Below, one piece after another: positions 24,387 to 35,584 of a stretch of DNA of 64,000 nucleotides. The stretch's first letter is position 1, and the number at the start of each line of letters is the position of its first letter. The notes beneath the pieces are model-generated. The model was not told where the DNA came from. It saw only the letters and a program-made list of their open reading frames with translations, and searched no databases. Both the position numbers and the translations under genes were made by a program. The stretch spans positions 682,001 through 746,000 of the forward strand of contig BROI01000009.1 of NCBI GenBank assembly GCA_027923505.1. The letters are read 5' to 3'. This DNA comes from Mayamaea pseudoterrestris (Eukaryota).

Positions 24387-25802
24387 ATGGCAATGAAACG
24401 AAGTTTCTTCTTAGCAAGTTGTCTCGCTTGCTTACCGGCAGCTTGTCAGGGCTGGCTAGCACCGAAGCTACCCAAGAAGCAACCGTCCTCCGAGACAAGA
24501 ACGGAAACCCGCTTGAATTTCGGCTCTGCCAACGAAAATACCAACAACAATGACGAAGCAGTCCGCATGGCCTTTGTCCGTAGCTTACAAATGCAGTTTT
24601 ACAAAAACTGTACCAAATCGGAACTGGACTTGTCGACAGGCACGATTTACAATCTCCCACTTTGGCGAGTTCCGTGGATTGAAGTCCCTGGTCGAACCAA
24701 TGTTTTGAACGTTCACGAAAGTCATTACACAAACATGATGGAGACCATTTTGCACAGCGAGCCGCCATGGTATGTCGGACACTTGTATTTGCCAGGTGGA
24801 AGCGACAATATTAAGTCTGAGGATCCATTGCTTAAGCTTGAGTCGTGGGCGGAGCGTGCATCTGACGACATGGCAATGCGGAAAGATCCTATAAAGCGGG
24901 CGGCCGTACTTGGGACTCTGCTTAGAATTTCAGATTATCGACGATTACAAGATGGAAGACTGCTGGTTTTGGTACAAGCTATGGAGCGTTTCGTTGTTTC
25001 TGAGGTCGTCCAGACGCTTCCGTACGGCATGGCGCACGTGCAACTTCTTCCAGATGCGGAGGAAATCGACTCCGATCTATCCTGGGTTCGCACGCAGATG
25101 GAACAAGATGTTTATGGAGCACGAGCGTTGGCATTAGCGGAATCTTTTCAGCGGTGGCATCGATATGAGTTTGAACATACCATTCTGCCCTTGCCCATGC
25201 GGTCTGATTTAAAGCCGGAGAAGATTGCTGGATCGGCTCTGGCACAAGTGCTTCCCTTTGCGTCGTTTTCGCCCGTCGTCAAGGCAGAAACGTTGGTTAA
25301 AGAGCAATCACCTGAGATTAGAGAAGTGAAAAGTGGGATGGAAGACAAGTCCACAAAAACACTGGAGCGGCGGTTGATAAAGGGACACATTCTGAGCGTT
25401 CCAGTCGAACTCAACGAGTCACTCCTACTCATGTCTAACGAAGAACTTGAAATTCAGCTATGGCTGGCGATAAACCAATTTCTCAAAACGACTCGCACGC
25501 CTGTCAGTCCTGTCATTCTCGGGCTGCTCCCTCATGTGGAATGGCCTGGTACATTTGTCTTGGAGCGAATTGGTAGCGCTATTGGCGATCAGACGCAGTT
25601 GGAGCACAAGTACATTCGCACGTCGGAGCAGTATCCGGCGGGTCGGAGACAGAAACGATTTAGCTATTGCGCAGCAGCACTCTTGGAACAGGTTGACTCG
25701 GTATCAAATTTTCGATACACGATACTCGCACTACCGAGTACTAAGCATCGACTTGCCTACGCGCTACAAATGTTCCAAGAAAAATTTGGGATTTTTCAGT
25801 AA
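24387..25802 (+). CDS. LON substrate-binding-domain-like protein with signal peptide (probably plastid)
   Basis: LPLW..VPGRTNVLNVHESHYTNM, GTLLRISDYRRLQDGRLLVLVQAMERFVV and a terminal STKHRL resemble the LON N-domain; no AAA or protease domain. Confidence 0.65.
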   Translation: MAMKRSFFLASCLACLPAACQGWLAPKLPKKQPSSETRTETRLNFGSANENTNNNDEAVRMAFVRSLQMQFYKNCTKSELDLSTGTIYNLPLWRVPWIEVPGRTNVLNVHESHYTNMMETILHSEPPWYVGHLYLPGGSDNIKSEDPLLKLESWAERASDDMAMRKDPIKRAAVLGTLLRISDYRRLQDGRLLVLVQAMERFVVSEVVQTLPYGMAHVQLLPDAEEIDSDLSWVRTQMEQDVYGARALALAESFQRWHRYEFEHTILPLPMRSDLKPEKIAGSALAQVLPFASFSPVVKAETLVKEQSPEIREVKSGMEDKSTKTLERRLIKGHILSVPVELNESLLLMSNEELEIQLWLAINQFLKTTRTPVSPVILGLLPHVEWPGTFVLERIGSAIGDQTQLEHKYIRTSEQYPAGRRQKRFSYCAAALLEQVDSVSNFRYTILALPSTKHRLAYALQMFQEKFGIFQ

Positions 25803-25826
25803 GAGTTCTACGTTGCCGCATATTAA

Positions 25827-28722
25827 CTATCGGATGAGCTGTGGTAAGCTTTCACTGGCTTGATCAAAGACTTGGAAGAATGGAAAATTAACCTCAACAC
25901 ATGTAGTGTCTTGACCATGCTGCCAAGTTTGTCTTGCGGCCAGTTCCTGAGCTTGTAAGTGCTGGTAGACGAGCTGACTTTCCTGTTTAAGTTAATGAGA
26001 GAGCGATAGTCTGAGAAATATATTATTATTTTTGCTGACATTCGTAGCTTCTGTCATTCATACGAACCACGCTAGCTCGGAACTTCAGTAGGGTTACCCG
26101 CAGCAATTCTCTACCACTTTCAAGGGACTGTAAAAAGGGGGATCGCTGGACCGACTCTAGTATATCGTATGCTGCACGAAGCACTGCCTTTGCCGCTCTC
26201 TCGTGAGCGGCTAGGTGCTCAGCCGAAAGCAGCGTTCGCTCGCGTTCCCTTGAGTCGGCAACGATGTCGTTCGATTTGTTCCCAAGCCCCAATCGAACAT
26301 GGACAGAAGTGGAAGGGAACTCTGATAGTCTGACAAGCAACTTTTCCTGTTGCTCAGTGCACTTGTCGCGAATAACGTCCTGCAGGTCTTCGCTGCGAGA
26401 CTGGCGCTGCTGCTTCGGCGAGAGAACAGGTGTAGAAACAGTTGTCTCTTTCTGTCTTCGGTTCGCCACTGGCGACAAAGAGAGCTTTGCTAATTCCAAA
26501 GGAGCGGGTTTAAGTGCAGTGTGAGCACTTGGTGGCGCGAGCGGTGAATTATGGATAGACGGCACGGGTGTCGCTCGCTTGACTTTTTTGCGAGGTTTTT
26601 CGACAGCCAAAGGAGGCCTATCGGGGTCGCGGGATTTTCTGCCTTCCTCGCAGTTGAATTTTGTGGAAGGACATACTGTATTTAATGCTTCGTCGAGACG
26701 CTGTTTTCTTAATTCTTTGCGCTTGATCTTTTTCAACAACTTTGCCGACACGAGCAGGGCCTGAGTCGCGGCAACGTCAGAAGTTGTCGCCGCATCCTCG
26801 CGCCGTTTAAATCGTTGCGGTAATTCTGGTGATACATGTATACCGCTCATACCCGGATAGTTTGGTGGTGACCGTCTAGGAATCGCTTCCGTCCCATCGA
26901 GTGACACGCGTGCCAATGTTCGAGTACCAGTGAGCTTGCTAACTGAGTCCTTATTTGTCAGTTCTCGCATTGTCATAAGCTCTTCATCCTCATCGTCGTC
27001 CAAAAACGAAAACGGGTATTCGCCTTTAACCGTAGGGAAGGCACTGGGTTTCGTTGCTCTTGGTTTTAACAAACTGTCCAATTTGGGAACCGCCTGCATT
27101 CCTGCGCAATTCAAGTCCATGCGCGGCTTGTCACGTCCAGACACGTTTTCCATGGGCCATAAGCTAATGCTTCCTCGTCCCGTGAAAGGATTATGAGAAG
27201 CCACAGCCGCGACCGCACGAGCATCTGATCCAATTCTTCCAATCGACAAGGTTCGACTCCATCCTTCCGGCAAGTCACTTTCAAGAACAATCTTAAGCAT
27301 GGGTCGGCCTCCATGATGCGTATAATGAACCAGCGTTCTATCATTCAATTCCAGTAGCGCATGCCCTCCGTCCATGCTCATGCCAGCGACTGCTTCGACG
27401 CTCTTCAAATCGCCTCGCTGCTGGCGGCGACTCGAAGATGCTTGTGCCACAATGCCAGGCAACGCGATTTCCGTGTGATTGAAGTCCGAAGCAACGTCCT
27501 CTAATGAAACAATGGACATTTGGTTAAAGTGGTAATCGGATCCTCCGCATAGGCAAAAGCCTCCAGCAACTCCGAGCGTTGCTTCAGTATTGGCCACGTC
27601 TGTAAAGGGTGGTCGGATAGGACGCGTCGTCGCTTTGTTTTCTTCGTCAACCTGTTTCTCCTCATGCGACAAGTCCCAAACACGAAGCTTTTGCTGCTGT
27701 GATTTGCTCAGCGCAAAGAGTCGATCTGGTCCGACGTGACGAAAGTCGAGAAGATTGATGGAGTTGCCATTCGTGACGCAGTTATAAATCAGTTCGAACG
27801 TTGGTTCCGAGCTCGAGTCGATGGGCGGCTCGAAGGACCAAATGTGAATATTCTTGATTCCCTTGCCGCAAAGCAACAAATACGTTGACGGTGATGCCGG
27901 ATTCTGCAGCTTGGTGCATGCTCCAAACCCTCGCAGCTTGGCGTCAGTATGACGATACACTGACAAGTAGTCTAGCAGATTTTCCGTCGGCGAAGCGTTT
28001 GCATCAAGTAACGACCTTGCATTGCCATTTAAACCAGCTCCTGTTGCTACAGTCACATTCACAGCTTGCTCCAACTGCCCCAAATCAACAATGAGCAGCT
28101 CCATGCTGCCTCTCGTCACGCCAGCAAAGCAAAATAGTCCATCGGGCGAAACACTGACTTGCATGCGCAAGGAAGTATGTACGCCCCGCGAAAGTATCTG
28201 TCCAGCAACGGCTCCATACTGCTGGTTGTTGTGACTGCAAACGTACATGCCGCTGCTGCTGCTGTTGCTGTTATAACTATTTGCGGTAATTGTATCGGCG
28301 TCTGCCCCTGACGATGAATGTGTCAGCTTCTTTTCCTTTTTACTTTTGATTGACTGCTTCCACTGACCCGTCGCAAAGCGTTCCGTCAAATCAAAGACTC
28401 TGAGCGTTCCATCCGTGAATCCTCCCAACACAAAATTTCCCGAGGGCGTCAAGGCGAGAGAGGTGCACTCGTCGTTGACGGAAAATTGAATGGGAGAGGA
28501 ATGCTTTTCGAAAAGGTTCGATGAAATATGATTCGTTGCATTTTGACTTGTCTCTGCTGCCGTCGAAGCTGCATGAGTTTCTTGTAGGGAGGGAAGAGCA
28601 AGACTTTCCGAACGCTTTGAATGCTGCTTTGTTTTACCTTGCCGCTCACAGTCATTGCTGCAGCTGCTTTGATGATTGTTCCGTATCGTTGTTGCTGCTG
28701 CTTCGCTCGATGATGATGACAT
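25827..28722 (-). CDS. Large WD40-like beta-propeller protein with low-complexity C-terminus; exons 28722-26068, 25982-25827
   Basis: 898-aa ORF with TSLALTPSGNFVLGGFTDGTLRVFD, NIHIWS and KLRVWD; a GTTCGT..AAACAG intron extends it to a TAG at 25827. Confidence 0.7.
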
Positions 28723-29115
28723 GGCAGCTGCTATTGCATTGATTGTGAGCTCACAAGAACAAGGAAAGACGAAGCTAACGAGCGTTGTTAACTTGGTCCT
28801 TATACTATCAGGTGCCTTCCCTTACAAGTCGCAGTCGTTGAAAACTGAGACAGAGGCATCCTTGCCCTTGGGCCTCGACGAGCTGCACACCGAACCGCAT
28901 TGCCCATGGCCGCGAAGATCTCGATGAACGGAAACCGACGATGCGCGCCAGCCAGTCGTGCCAATGATGACGTCGGCAAAACGTGTCGTAGCGCGTCCGA
29001 TTCTGGCGATGGTCTCCCAGACGCAGCGACAGCGAGACGTCCAAGCCAAGTGATTCCTCACCTTGCGGAAGCTGCAGCTACATCTTTATAGATGCACGTT
29101 CTGCCCTATCTCATC

Positions 29116-30084
29116 ATGGCTAATGACAATGACAAGGTTGTCGAAAGTGAGCAAGAAGAGGACTCAACAGAAAACGCCGAAGAGACGGACAACGGAGACG
29201 AAAGCTCCACCAGTCAAAAGCACTTGCAAAACTACTTGGAATCGCGCGCCGTAGATCGCGCCAAAGCCACGGTCGACAATAATTTCAAACCCTCCGCCAG
29301 CGTATTGAATGCGCCATCTGCAACATTGTTGCTGCAGCAGGTCGATGGGCCGTCGCTTCAAACCTATCAAGGCAAGGAGAGTATCTACGTTGGTCGGTCT
29401 GTTCCGATTGCAGCGGGTGGCCGACATGATGTTCCAATTCATGTCACTACACCCGGATCTGTCGTAGAATATGCTGTTGAATTGCCGGCATACGATATTG
29501 GGTTTTGTATCATGGCGGAGCGAGACGAAGGAAGTACCGTTGTCAAGGTATGTGCATTATTTACACAAGCAAACGAAACTTGTTATTCATGTTCAAAAGT
29601 CCTCACAATCATTATTCACAATATACAGGAACACTCTAACATCGACTACACGCATTGCCCAGTCACTCAAAAGTTTCTTGTTGGCACTGTCCCATGCACC
29701 ATCAAGTTTGAATTTGACAATGCCTACAGTTGGATGCGAAGCAAGCAAGTTTCCTACAAGATTACAGTCACGCCGCCAAGCAAGGAGTCACTCGCGGCGG
29801 GGCGACGCCGTCGGGCGCAAGCTTGCCTCAAAGCAGTGCAGGATGATTTGCAAACGGCCACGACGCGATTACTAGCGGCCAATCAGCAAAAGCAATCGTT
29901 GCAGCAAGAGGTTGCCAGTCTCATGGCGTTGCTGCAGGAGAAGAAAAAGGCGTGGATGACTGCTGAAAAGGAGGAAGCTTGGCTAAAGGAACGGAAAGAA
30001 CTGCGAACGGAGCAGCAAAAGTTGTTGAAGGAACGATTGACGAATGGGTGGGACGACGAGGAAGGTTTAAAGTTGAACTTGTAG
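29116..30084 (+). CDS. GOLD-domain plus coiled-coil protein; in-frame intron 29548-29628
   Basis: YDIGF and FEFDNAYSWMRSKQVSYKI GOLD motifs; GTATGT..TACAG intron. Confidence 0.75.
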   Translation: MANDNDKVVESEQEEDSTENAEETDNGDESSTSQKHLQNYLESRAVDRAKATVDNNFKPSASVLNAPSATLLLQQVDGPSLQTYQGKESIYVGRSVPIAAGGRHDVPIHVTTPGSVVEYAVELPAYDIGFCIMAERDEGSTVVKVCALFTQANETCYSCSKVLTIIIHNIQEHSNIDYTHCPVTQKFLVGTVPCTIKFEFDNAYSWMRSKQVSYKITVTPPSKESLAAGRRRRAQACLKAVQDDLQTATTRLLAANQQKQSLQQEVASLMALLQEKKKAWMTAEKEEAWLKERKELRTEQQKLLKERLTNGWDDEEGLKLNL

Positions 30085-30182
30085 TATTGTCGTTTATGTT
30101 AAGAATAAAGTATCCAACTTGTCGTGATCTACTTGTACTCAAATCAGCGTTCGAATGGTTGGACTGCGGAATACATTATCAG

Positions 30183-31378
30183 CTAAGCAAGCTCATTGTA
30201 CATGGTCTCCAGTTGTCGTAGGAACGCTTGGTTTTCGTCTGGCGTCCCAATCGTGACGCGAATACACTCGTCACAATGCAACTCCGTTCCGCGATACCGA
30301 GTCACAACATTGCCCTTGTCAGCCATGTGCTTGTACACTTGCTGAGCATTCTTGTCAAGTCGGAACAAGATGAAATTAGCGTCCGAATGATAGACTCGCG
30401 TCACAAATGGCAAGCCTTCAAGCGCACTAGCTACCAGCGCGCGCTGCTCCAAAAGAGAGTGGATGTTTTCATGCAATCGATCAACATGATCGAGTGCTTT
30501 AATAGCCATTTGACTTGTGAGTTCATTGACATTGTAGGGCGCCTTGACGTTGTTAAGCAGCTGCACAACGTCAGGTGGCCCAAACACAAAACCGCAGCGA
30601 ATCGCCGCCAATCCAAAGGCCTTGCTCAACGTTTGTAAGACGCAGACATTGGAATGCGACTCCAACAAGGCAAGTGCCGAGTTGCGTTCGACTGGCGTGC
30701 AAAAGTCAATGTAGGCTTCGTCGACAATGACCAACGAGTCGGGTGCGTGCTTGGCAATTTTCGAAACGTCGGCTAAAGGCAGGGCTTTGGCAGTTGGATT
30801 GCCCGGACTACAGAGAAATATAAGCTTAATCTTGGGTGAAATAGCTTTAATGATCTATGAAAGTTTTGTAAAAGACAGTCAGTACGCTTGAAATGAAACG
30901 TGCATGCGAGCATGCAATATGCAATCCTTCTGCTCTGAATACGTACCTCATCGACTTGCAAATCAAAATCTGAAGTCAGCGGGACATTGACAATGTCCAC
31001 ATCATTCACCTTGGCACAAACCTTATACATGCCATACGTCGGAGGCGTTGTGAGAATCTGGTCGTGTCCTGGTACGCAAAAGATGCGCATCAATAAGTCA
31101 ATCGCTTCATCCGATCCGACGCCGACGAAAATGTTAGCTGGTGCAATGTTAAATTTGCGATAGGCTGCCAACTTGGTCTTTAGCGGTATTTGGTAAGGAT
31201 CTGGATATCGCTCAAGGCAGAAGCCATTCGTTTCGTCCGCTGAAAGTGGGGGTCCAAAGGCGTTTTCGTTGGCATCAAGGAGAATGCCCTCCGAATAGTC
31301 GTCGCGCGCGCAACGATAGGGAAGTAATTCGAGAATATTTTTGCGCGCCAAGCGAGCAGCTATACCAGTTGGCGACAT
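30183..31378 (-). CDS. hisC: Histidinol-phosphate aminotransferase; exons 31378-30947, 30854-30183
   Basis: LLDANEN, RYPDP, GVGSDEAID, PPTYGMY, CSPGNPT, VDEAYIDF and TLSKAFGLAAIR. Confidence 0.96.
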
Positions 31379-31730
31379 ACTCTGAGTAGATACAAGTCTG
31401 TTTGCGTTGGATTTGGAGAGTATGTGGACGAGCAGACCCGCACTCATGTGTCAACTTTCGAGACGACCAATGGATTGATGATGGAGGGCTGCGATTGCGC
31501 GACGGCGCGGCAACATTGGTGACGTCAGAATCATGGGTTGCCTTTTCCGTCACTCGCTCATTCGGCGTCGTCATCGACGTGATGGTTTTGATTCGCCTTT
31601 CGTCCGTTCGTTTTGAATGCTCAAAGAGATTGCGTTACTTACAAACATGTTGTCTTGCACACTCTATCGATCAATAGTAGCAGCAGCAGAGTATGTTTTT
31701 GTGCAGCTGACAATGGAGCGATAAGGAAGA

Positions 31731-32056
31731 CATAAGGCAATAGTATTAAACGAGTGCCAGTGAACCTACGTCAGAAGGCAATAGTATGAAACAAGTGCCA
31801 GTGAAAACTACGTCATAAGGCAGTAATACGAAACGAGTGCCAGTGAAAACTACGTCACAAGGCAATAGTACAAAACGAGTGCCAGTGAAAAATGCGCACA
31901 AGACTTACTGTCAGACAGTCACTGCGTCACAAGGCAATAGTATGAAACGAGTGCCAATGTCAATTTCTTCATAAGGCAATAGTATGAAACGGGTGCCAGT
32001 GTCTATTACGTCATAAGGCAATAGTTTGAAACGAGTTCCAGTGTCAATTACGTCAC
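31731..32056. repeat. 42-bp minisatellite, array 2 (7 units with a ~30-bp interruption)
   Basis: Same consensus and orientation as the array at 15464-15720. Confidence 0.95.
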
Positions 32057-32165
32057 GAGACATTCGTATCGGAACGCTTAGTGTAGTCGTCGACTGGCGA
32101 AACTGATCTGCTGATGAATGTCGAGGCATTTGAAGGCCGTCGTTGACGAGCAACTACACATTATC

Positions 32166-33179
32166 ATGAATAAGTTACATTTCAGTAAACTAGCCATAAG
32201 CGGCATCATCCTTGGCTTCTCACCGGCCATGGCGGCACGGGATCAAGGCGCTGCATCGACGACGTCTTCAGCCATGATTCGTTTCTGGAGTTTACAACTT
32301 CGAAGCGCCCTTCGCCTTACAAGCAGCACCATGGAGCAAGGCACGGAACGCCAGCCAATGCTCGTGATCAACGCTGGTAATGGTCGGACAGGTACGAGCA
32401 GCTTTGTCGTCGCCATGAATAGACTTGGACTAAAATGCTATCACATGAAGGAAGGGGTCATTGAGTCACCAGGTCACACCGAAATGTGGACAAAACTTAT
32501 GGCGGATGAGTCTATTACGTTCGACCAGGTCATGGACAAAATTGCAAATGATGGTTTTAATGCCACTGCCGATGTTCCCATGAACTTGTTCTACAAGGAG
32601 CTCATGGCTCGCTATCCCGATGCGCCTGTGATACTTTCGATTCGACCAGAGGATGAGGAGCACGCCGGAAGTGCTTTCCAGCGCAGCATGCAGGACACTG
32701 TTTTACAATTCCCAATGATCATGGCCGATATACCCTTTCGCTGGGTCCCCAGCATTAAACATCTTATGAGTTTCTTTCGCGCAATGGACCAAAAAATGGC
32801 ATCCCTCACTGATCAAAACGTGTCGACTAAGCTTTCTGAAAGCGATCGCTTGGCTAGATCCTATTACGAGTTTAATAACGACGTCTTGCAGCATGTGCCA
32901 ATGGAGAAACTACTCATTCACAAGGCGACTGATGGGTGGAAGCCCCTATGTGACCACATTTCTCACGTTTCGCCAATTGTTGCCGCCAACTGCCAGGAAG
33001 TGGTTGCAATTGGAGAACCTTTTCCTCATGTCAATGACCGGCAGAGCGTGCAGCGAACTCAGTTCTACCTGCGATGTATCACCAAGCTTACTTACATGCT
33101 GCCAGCATTGTTGTTTTTTGCAGTTGTCGTTGGTTATCGGACGAGAAAGTGGAGGATCGTGAAAAGAAAACTTGACTGA
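32166..33179 (+). CDS. Sulfotransferase-like P-loop protein (Sulfotransfer_4-like), copy 1
   Basis: VINAGNGRTGTSS, LGLKCYHM, ELMARYPDAPVIL, DGWKPLC, PFPHVND; C-terminal TM. Confidence 0.8.
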   Translation: MNKLHFSKLAISGIILGFSPAMAARDQGAASTTSSAMIRFWSLQLRSALRLTSSTMEQGTERQPMLVINAGNGRTGTSSFVVAMNRLGLKCYHMKEGVIESPGHTEMWTKLMADESITFDQVMDKIANDGFNATADVPMNLFYKELMARYPDAPVILSIRPEDEEHAGSAFQRSMQDTVLQFPMIMADIPFRWVPSIKHLMSFFRAMDQKMASLTDQNVSTKLSESDRLARSYYEFNNDVLQHVPMEKLLIHKATDGWKPLCDHISHVSPIVAANCQEVVAIGEPFPHVNDRQSVQRTQFYLRCITKLTYMLPALLFFAVVVGYRTRKWRIVKRKLD

Positions 33180-33412
33180 GTTTGCGAGGTGTAGTGAGCA
33201 CGGCTCCATACTTGACCCCTTTATGAACAACTAAAAAGGTGATAAGCATTGATCTTCAGCGCAGGGCTCCTTGTTGTACTCGTCGACTCGTGTCACTGTG
33301 ACATTGAAATGCACGTTCTCAAATTCGGAGTACATTCGTCGAGGCCACCGCAATGGTCCACGCTCCCTTCGCAACACAAATTGCGTCGACCATCCAATTG
33401 TTGTGTTTCATC

Positions 33413-34408
33413 ATGAAGCAGGTTTATCAACTATCTGCTCTAGGCTTCATTGTTATTGCAGCTCCGGTCGCCTATCTGTGCAGCGACAACCTCGTTCCTC
33501 CAACAGGCCGTGCCTTACTCCACTTTTTTGCGAACCAGGCCCAATCGCTGGTTCGTAATGGCGACTTGCAGCGAGGTCACAGTGAACCACAATCCCTCTT
33601 GGTGATTAATGCCGGGAATGGTCGGACAGGCACAGCCAGCTTTGTTAAAGCGATGGAACGACTTGGGCTCAAAAGCTACCACATGAAGGAAGGCATCTTT
33701 GAGACGAGTGGCCACATGGACCTCTGGAGCAAGTTTCTTGTTGATAAGCTGGTGACTTTTGACGAGGTTATGGATGCCATCGCCAACGCGGGGTTTAATG
33801 CTAGTGCTGACGCTCCAGTAAATTTTTTCTATAAGGAACAAATGCAACGATACCCCAATGCGCCGGTCATCTTGTCGATTCGGTCAGAAGCGGAAAATGC
33901 CGGTGAGGCGTGGCAGCGGAGCCTTCGTGAGAGCGTTTTTCGGTTCCCGCCGATCATGTCAAGTATACCTTTTTCCTGGATACAGGGGCTGAAGCGGTTT
34001 CGTGAGCTTACGCTTGTCGTGCACAACATGATGGCTGGTATCGCGAATGGCACAAAGGAGGAGATTGATCCAACGATGCTTGCCAATTATTATTATGAAT
34101 GGATAGATGAAGTCCAACAGACTGTTCCAAGCGAAAAGCTGTTAGTTTTTAAAGCGGAGGATGGATGGAAGCCACTTTGCCAACACATTTCTCATGTTTC
34201 TCCCATTGTGGCCGAAAATTGTCGCGAGGTTATTGCGACTGGCGAGGCGTATCCTCGCGTTAATGACCGCGAGAGTGTTCAGCGAACGCAGTTTGCCATG
34301 CGCTGTGTCATTCTACTTACATACGCGTCGCTGGCTGGTTTGTCGGCAATAGTTGGGTTGCTCGTTCTCCGAATGCTCCGTTATGCGGTTAAAGTCAAGT
34401 GTGCTTGA
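33413..34408 (+). CDS. Sulfotransferase-like P-loop protein (Sulfotransfer_4-like), copy 2
   Basis: Tandem paralogue with the same motifs (NAGNGRTGTAS, SYHM, RYPNAPVIL, DGWKPLC, YPRVND); signal peptide and C-terminal TM. Confidence 0.8.
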   Translation: MKQVYQLSALGFIVIAAPVAYLCSDNLVPPTGRALLHFFANQAQSLVRNGDLQRGHSEPQSLLVINAGNGRTGTASFVKAMERLGLKSYHMKEGIFETSGHMDLWSKFLVDKLVTFDEVMDAIANAGFNASADAPVNFFYKEQMQRYPNAPVILSIRSEAENAGEAWQRSLRESVFRFPPIMSSIPFSWIQGLKRFRELTLVVHNMMAGIANGTKEEIDPTMLANYYYEWIDEVQQTVPSEKLLVFKAEDGWKPLCQHISHVSPIVAENCREVIATGEAYPRVNDRESVQRTQFAMRCVILLTYASLAGLSAIVGLLVLRMLRYAVKVKCA

Positions 34409-34619
34409 CGACGAAAGCTTAGCTTGAGCATAAAAGTAGCAATCAGTAGATTGGATTGATAACAAGACTTATTTATACTGATGAGTACAGTACATTAAGC
34501 CGCAGACTCCTTTTTTATCGACAGTTTTCTTTCTTATAAATTATGATTTGACAAATACAAGTACCCTACATGCATCCCCTCGACTTGCTGACGTGCAAAA
34601 GCTCGTGCTTAATCACCAG

Positions 34620-35429
34620 CTACGACAAGCAATCTGCATCTAGAATCACTTCCTCCAACGTGCGGTGCTGCTTCTTGGCGAAAAAAGTGCGGGCGATCGC
34701 CCAATGGCGAGTGCTGGCAGACATCTTATGAAGATGCGTGGCATAGCTTGGTGATCGCATAGATTTAGTGAGGATCAATGATGATCCGCTACGCTGACTG
34801 AAACGACGGCGGCTGCCCCAGTGAAGGTGCTTGTTAAGCATGACTAAGTGCGTCTCCAGTTTGCGCAGTCCAAGGACAATTGCCATGGGCTCGAGTTCCT
34901 CGATGTCAGCTCTGTTGAGTGATACTGGAAAGGACTCAAAAATTAGATGATTAAGCACAATCTCAAAAAGATCTGGACTTGTTTGTAGAAACAAGCAATC
35001 GTCGTTGTCGCTCCAATCCCAGGGCAGGCGCTTGAGTTTGTCAAACACACCAGATTCAATCATGAAGACGACTCCAGTTACAGAGACTTTAATCAAATTT
35101 TTCGTCAACTCAGAGCTTGAGCTCCAGTCAAAGGAAGGACTGCTGTAAAGAGACCCGCCCTTGCTGCCGCCGTCACCAGCCGACAAGGTGGCCGATTCAT
35201 GGTCATAGTCCCAAGAGTCTCCAAAAGTCGCAGACAGATCCTCCTTTGACATCATTTCCAAGTGGCCCTGCTTCTTGATCATGTTGGCTGCTGTGACCGA
35301 CGATTGCACTTGACTAGGCAGGACAGTTACGGCAGGTTTCGTTGCTGGAAATTGTGAGAAGGTTGGATCGCCCCACCGTCGCCGATTGCACTTCAGAAAC
35401 GTCGCTCCGGTACTGCACGACTCGCTCAT
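34620..35429 (-). CDS. Hypothetical protein with a BTB/POZ (KCTD-type)-like domain
   Basis: IKVSVTGVVFMI..FLQTSPDLFEIVLNHL..EAxxLGL-like pattern. Confidence 0.55.
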   Translation of the reverse strand: MSESCSTGATFLKCNRRRWGDPTFSQFPATKPAVTVLPSQVQSSVTAANMIKKQGHLEMMSKEDLSATFGDSWDYDHESATLSAGDGGSKGGSLYSSPSFDWSSSSELTKNLIKVSVTGVVFMIESGVFDKLKRLPWDWSDNDDCLFLQTSPDLFEIVLNHLIFESFPVSLNRADIEELEPMAIVLGLRKLETHLVMLNKHLHWGSRRRFSQRSGSSLILTKSMRSPSYATHLHKMSASTRHWAIARTFFAKKQHRTLEEVILDADCLS

Positions 35430-35584
35430 GACGTCAGGAGGGGGCTGACGAGGCGCGGGCGCCGCGCTATCAAACGATAAACTCTCGAGCAAGGAGAAAC
35501 ACAAATTAATTTGCGGAGCTGCGAGCTTGTCGGGACCAACAACAGCCAGCGCTCCAATTGATCAGCATCGAGCATCAAAGGACC

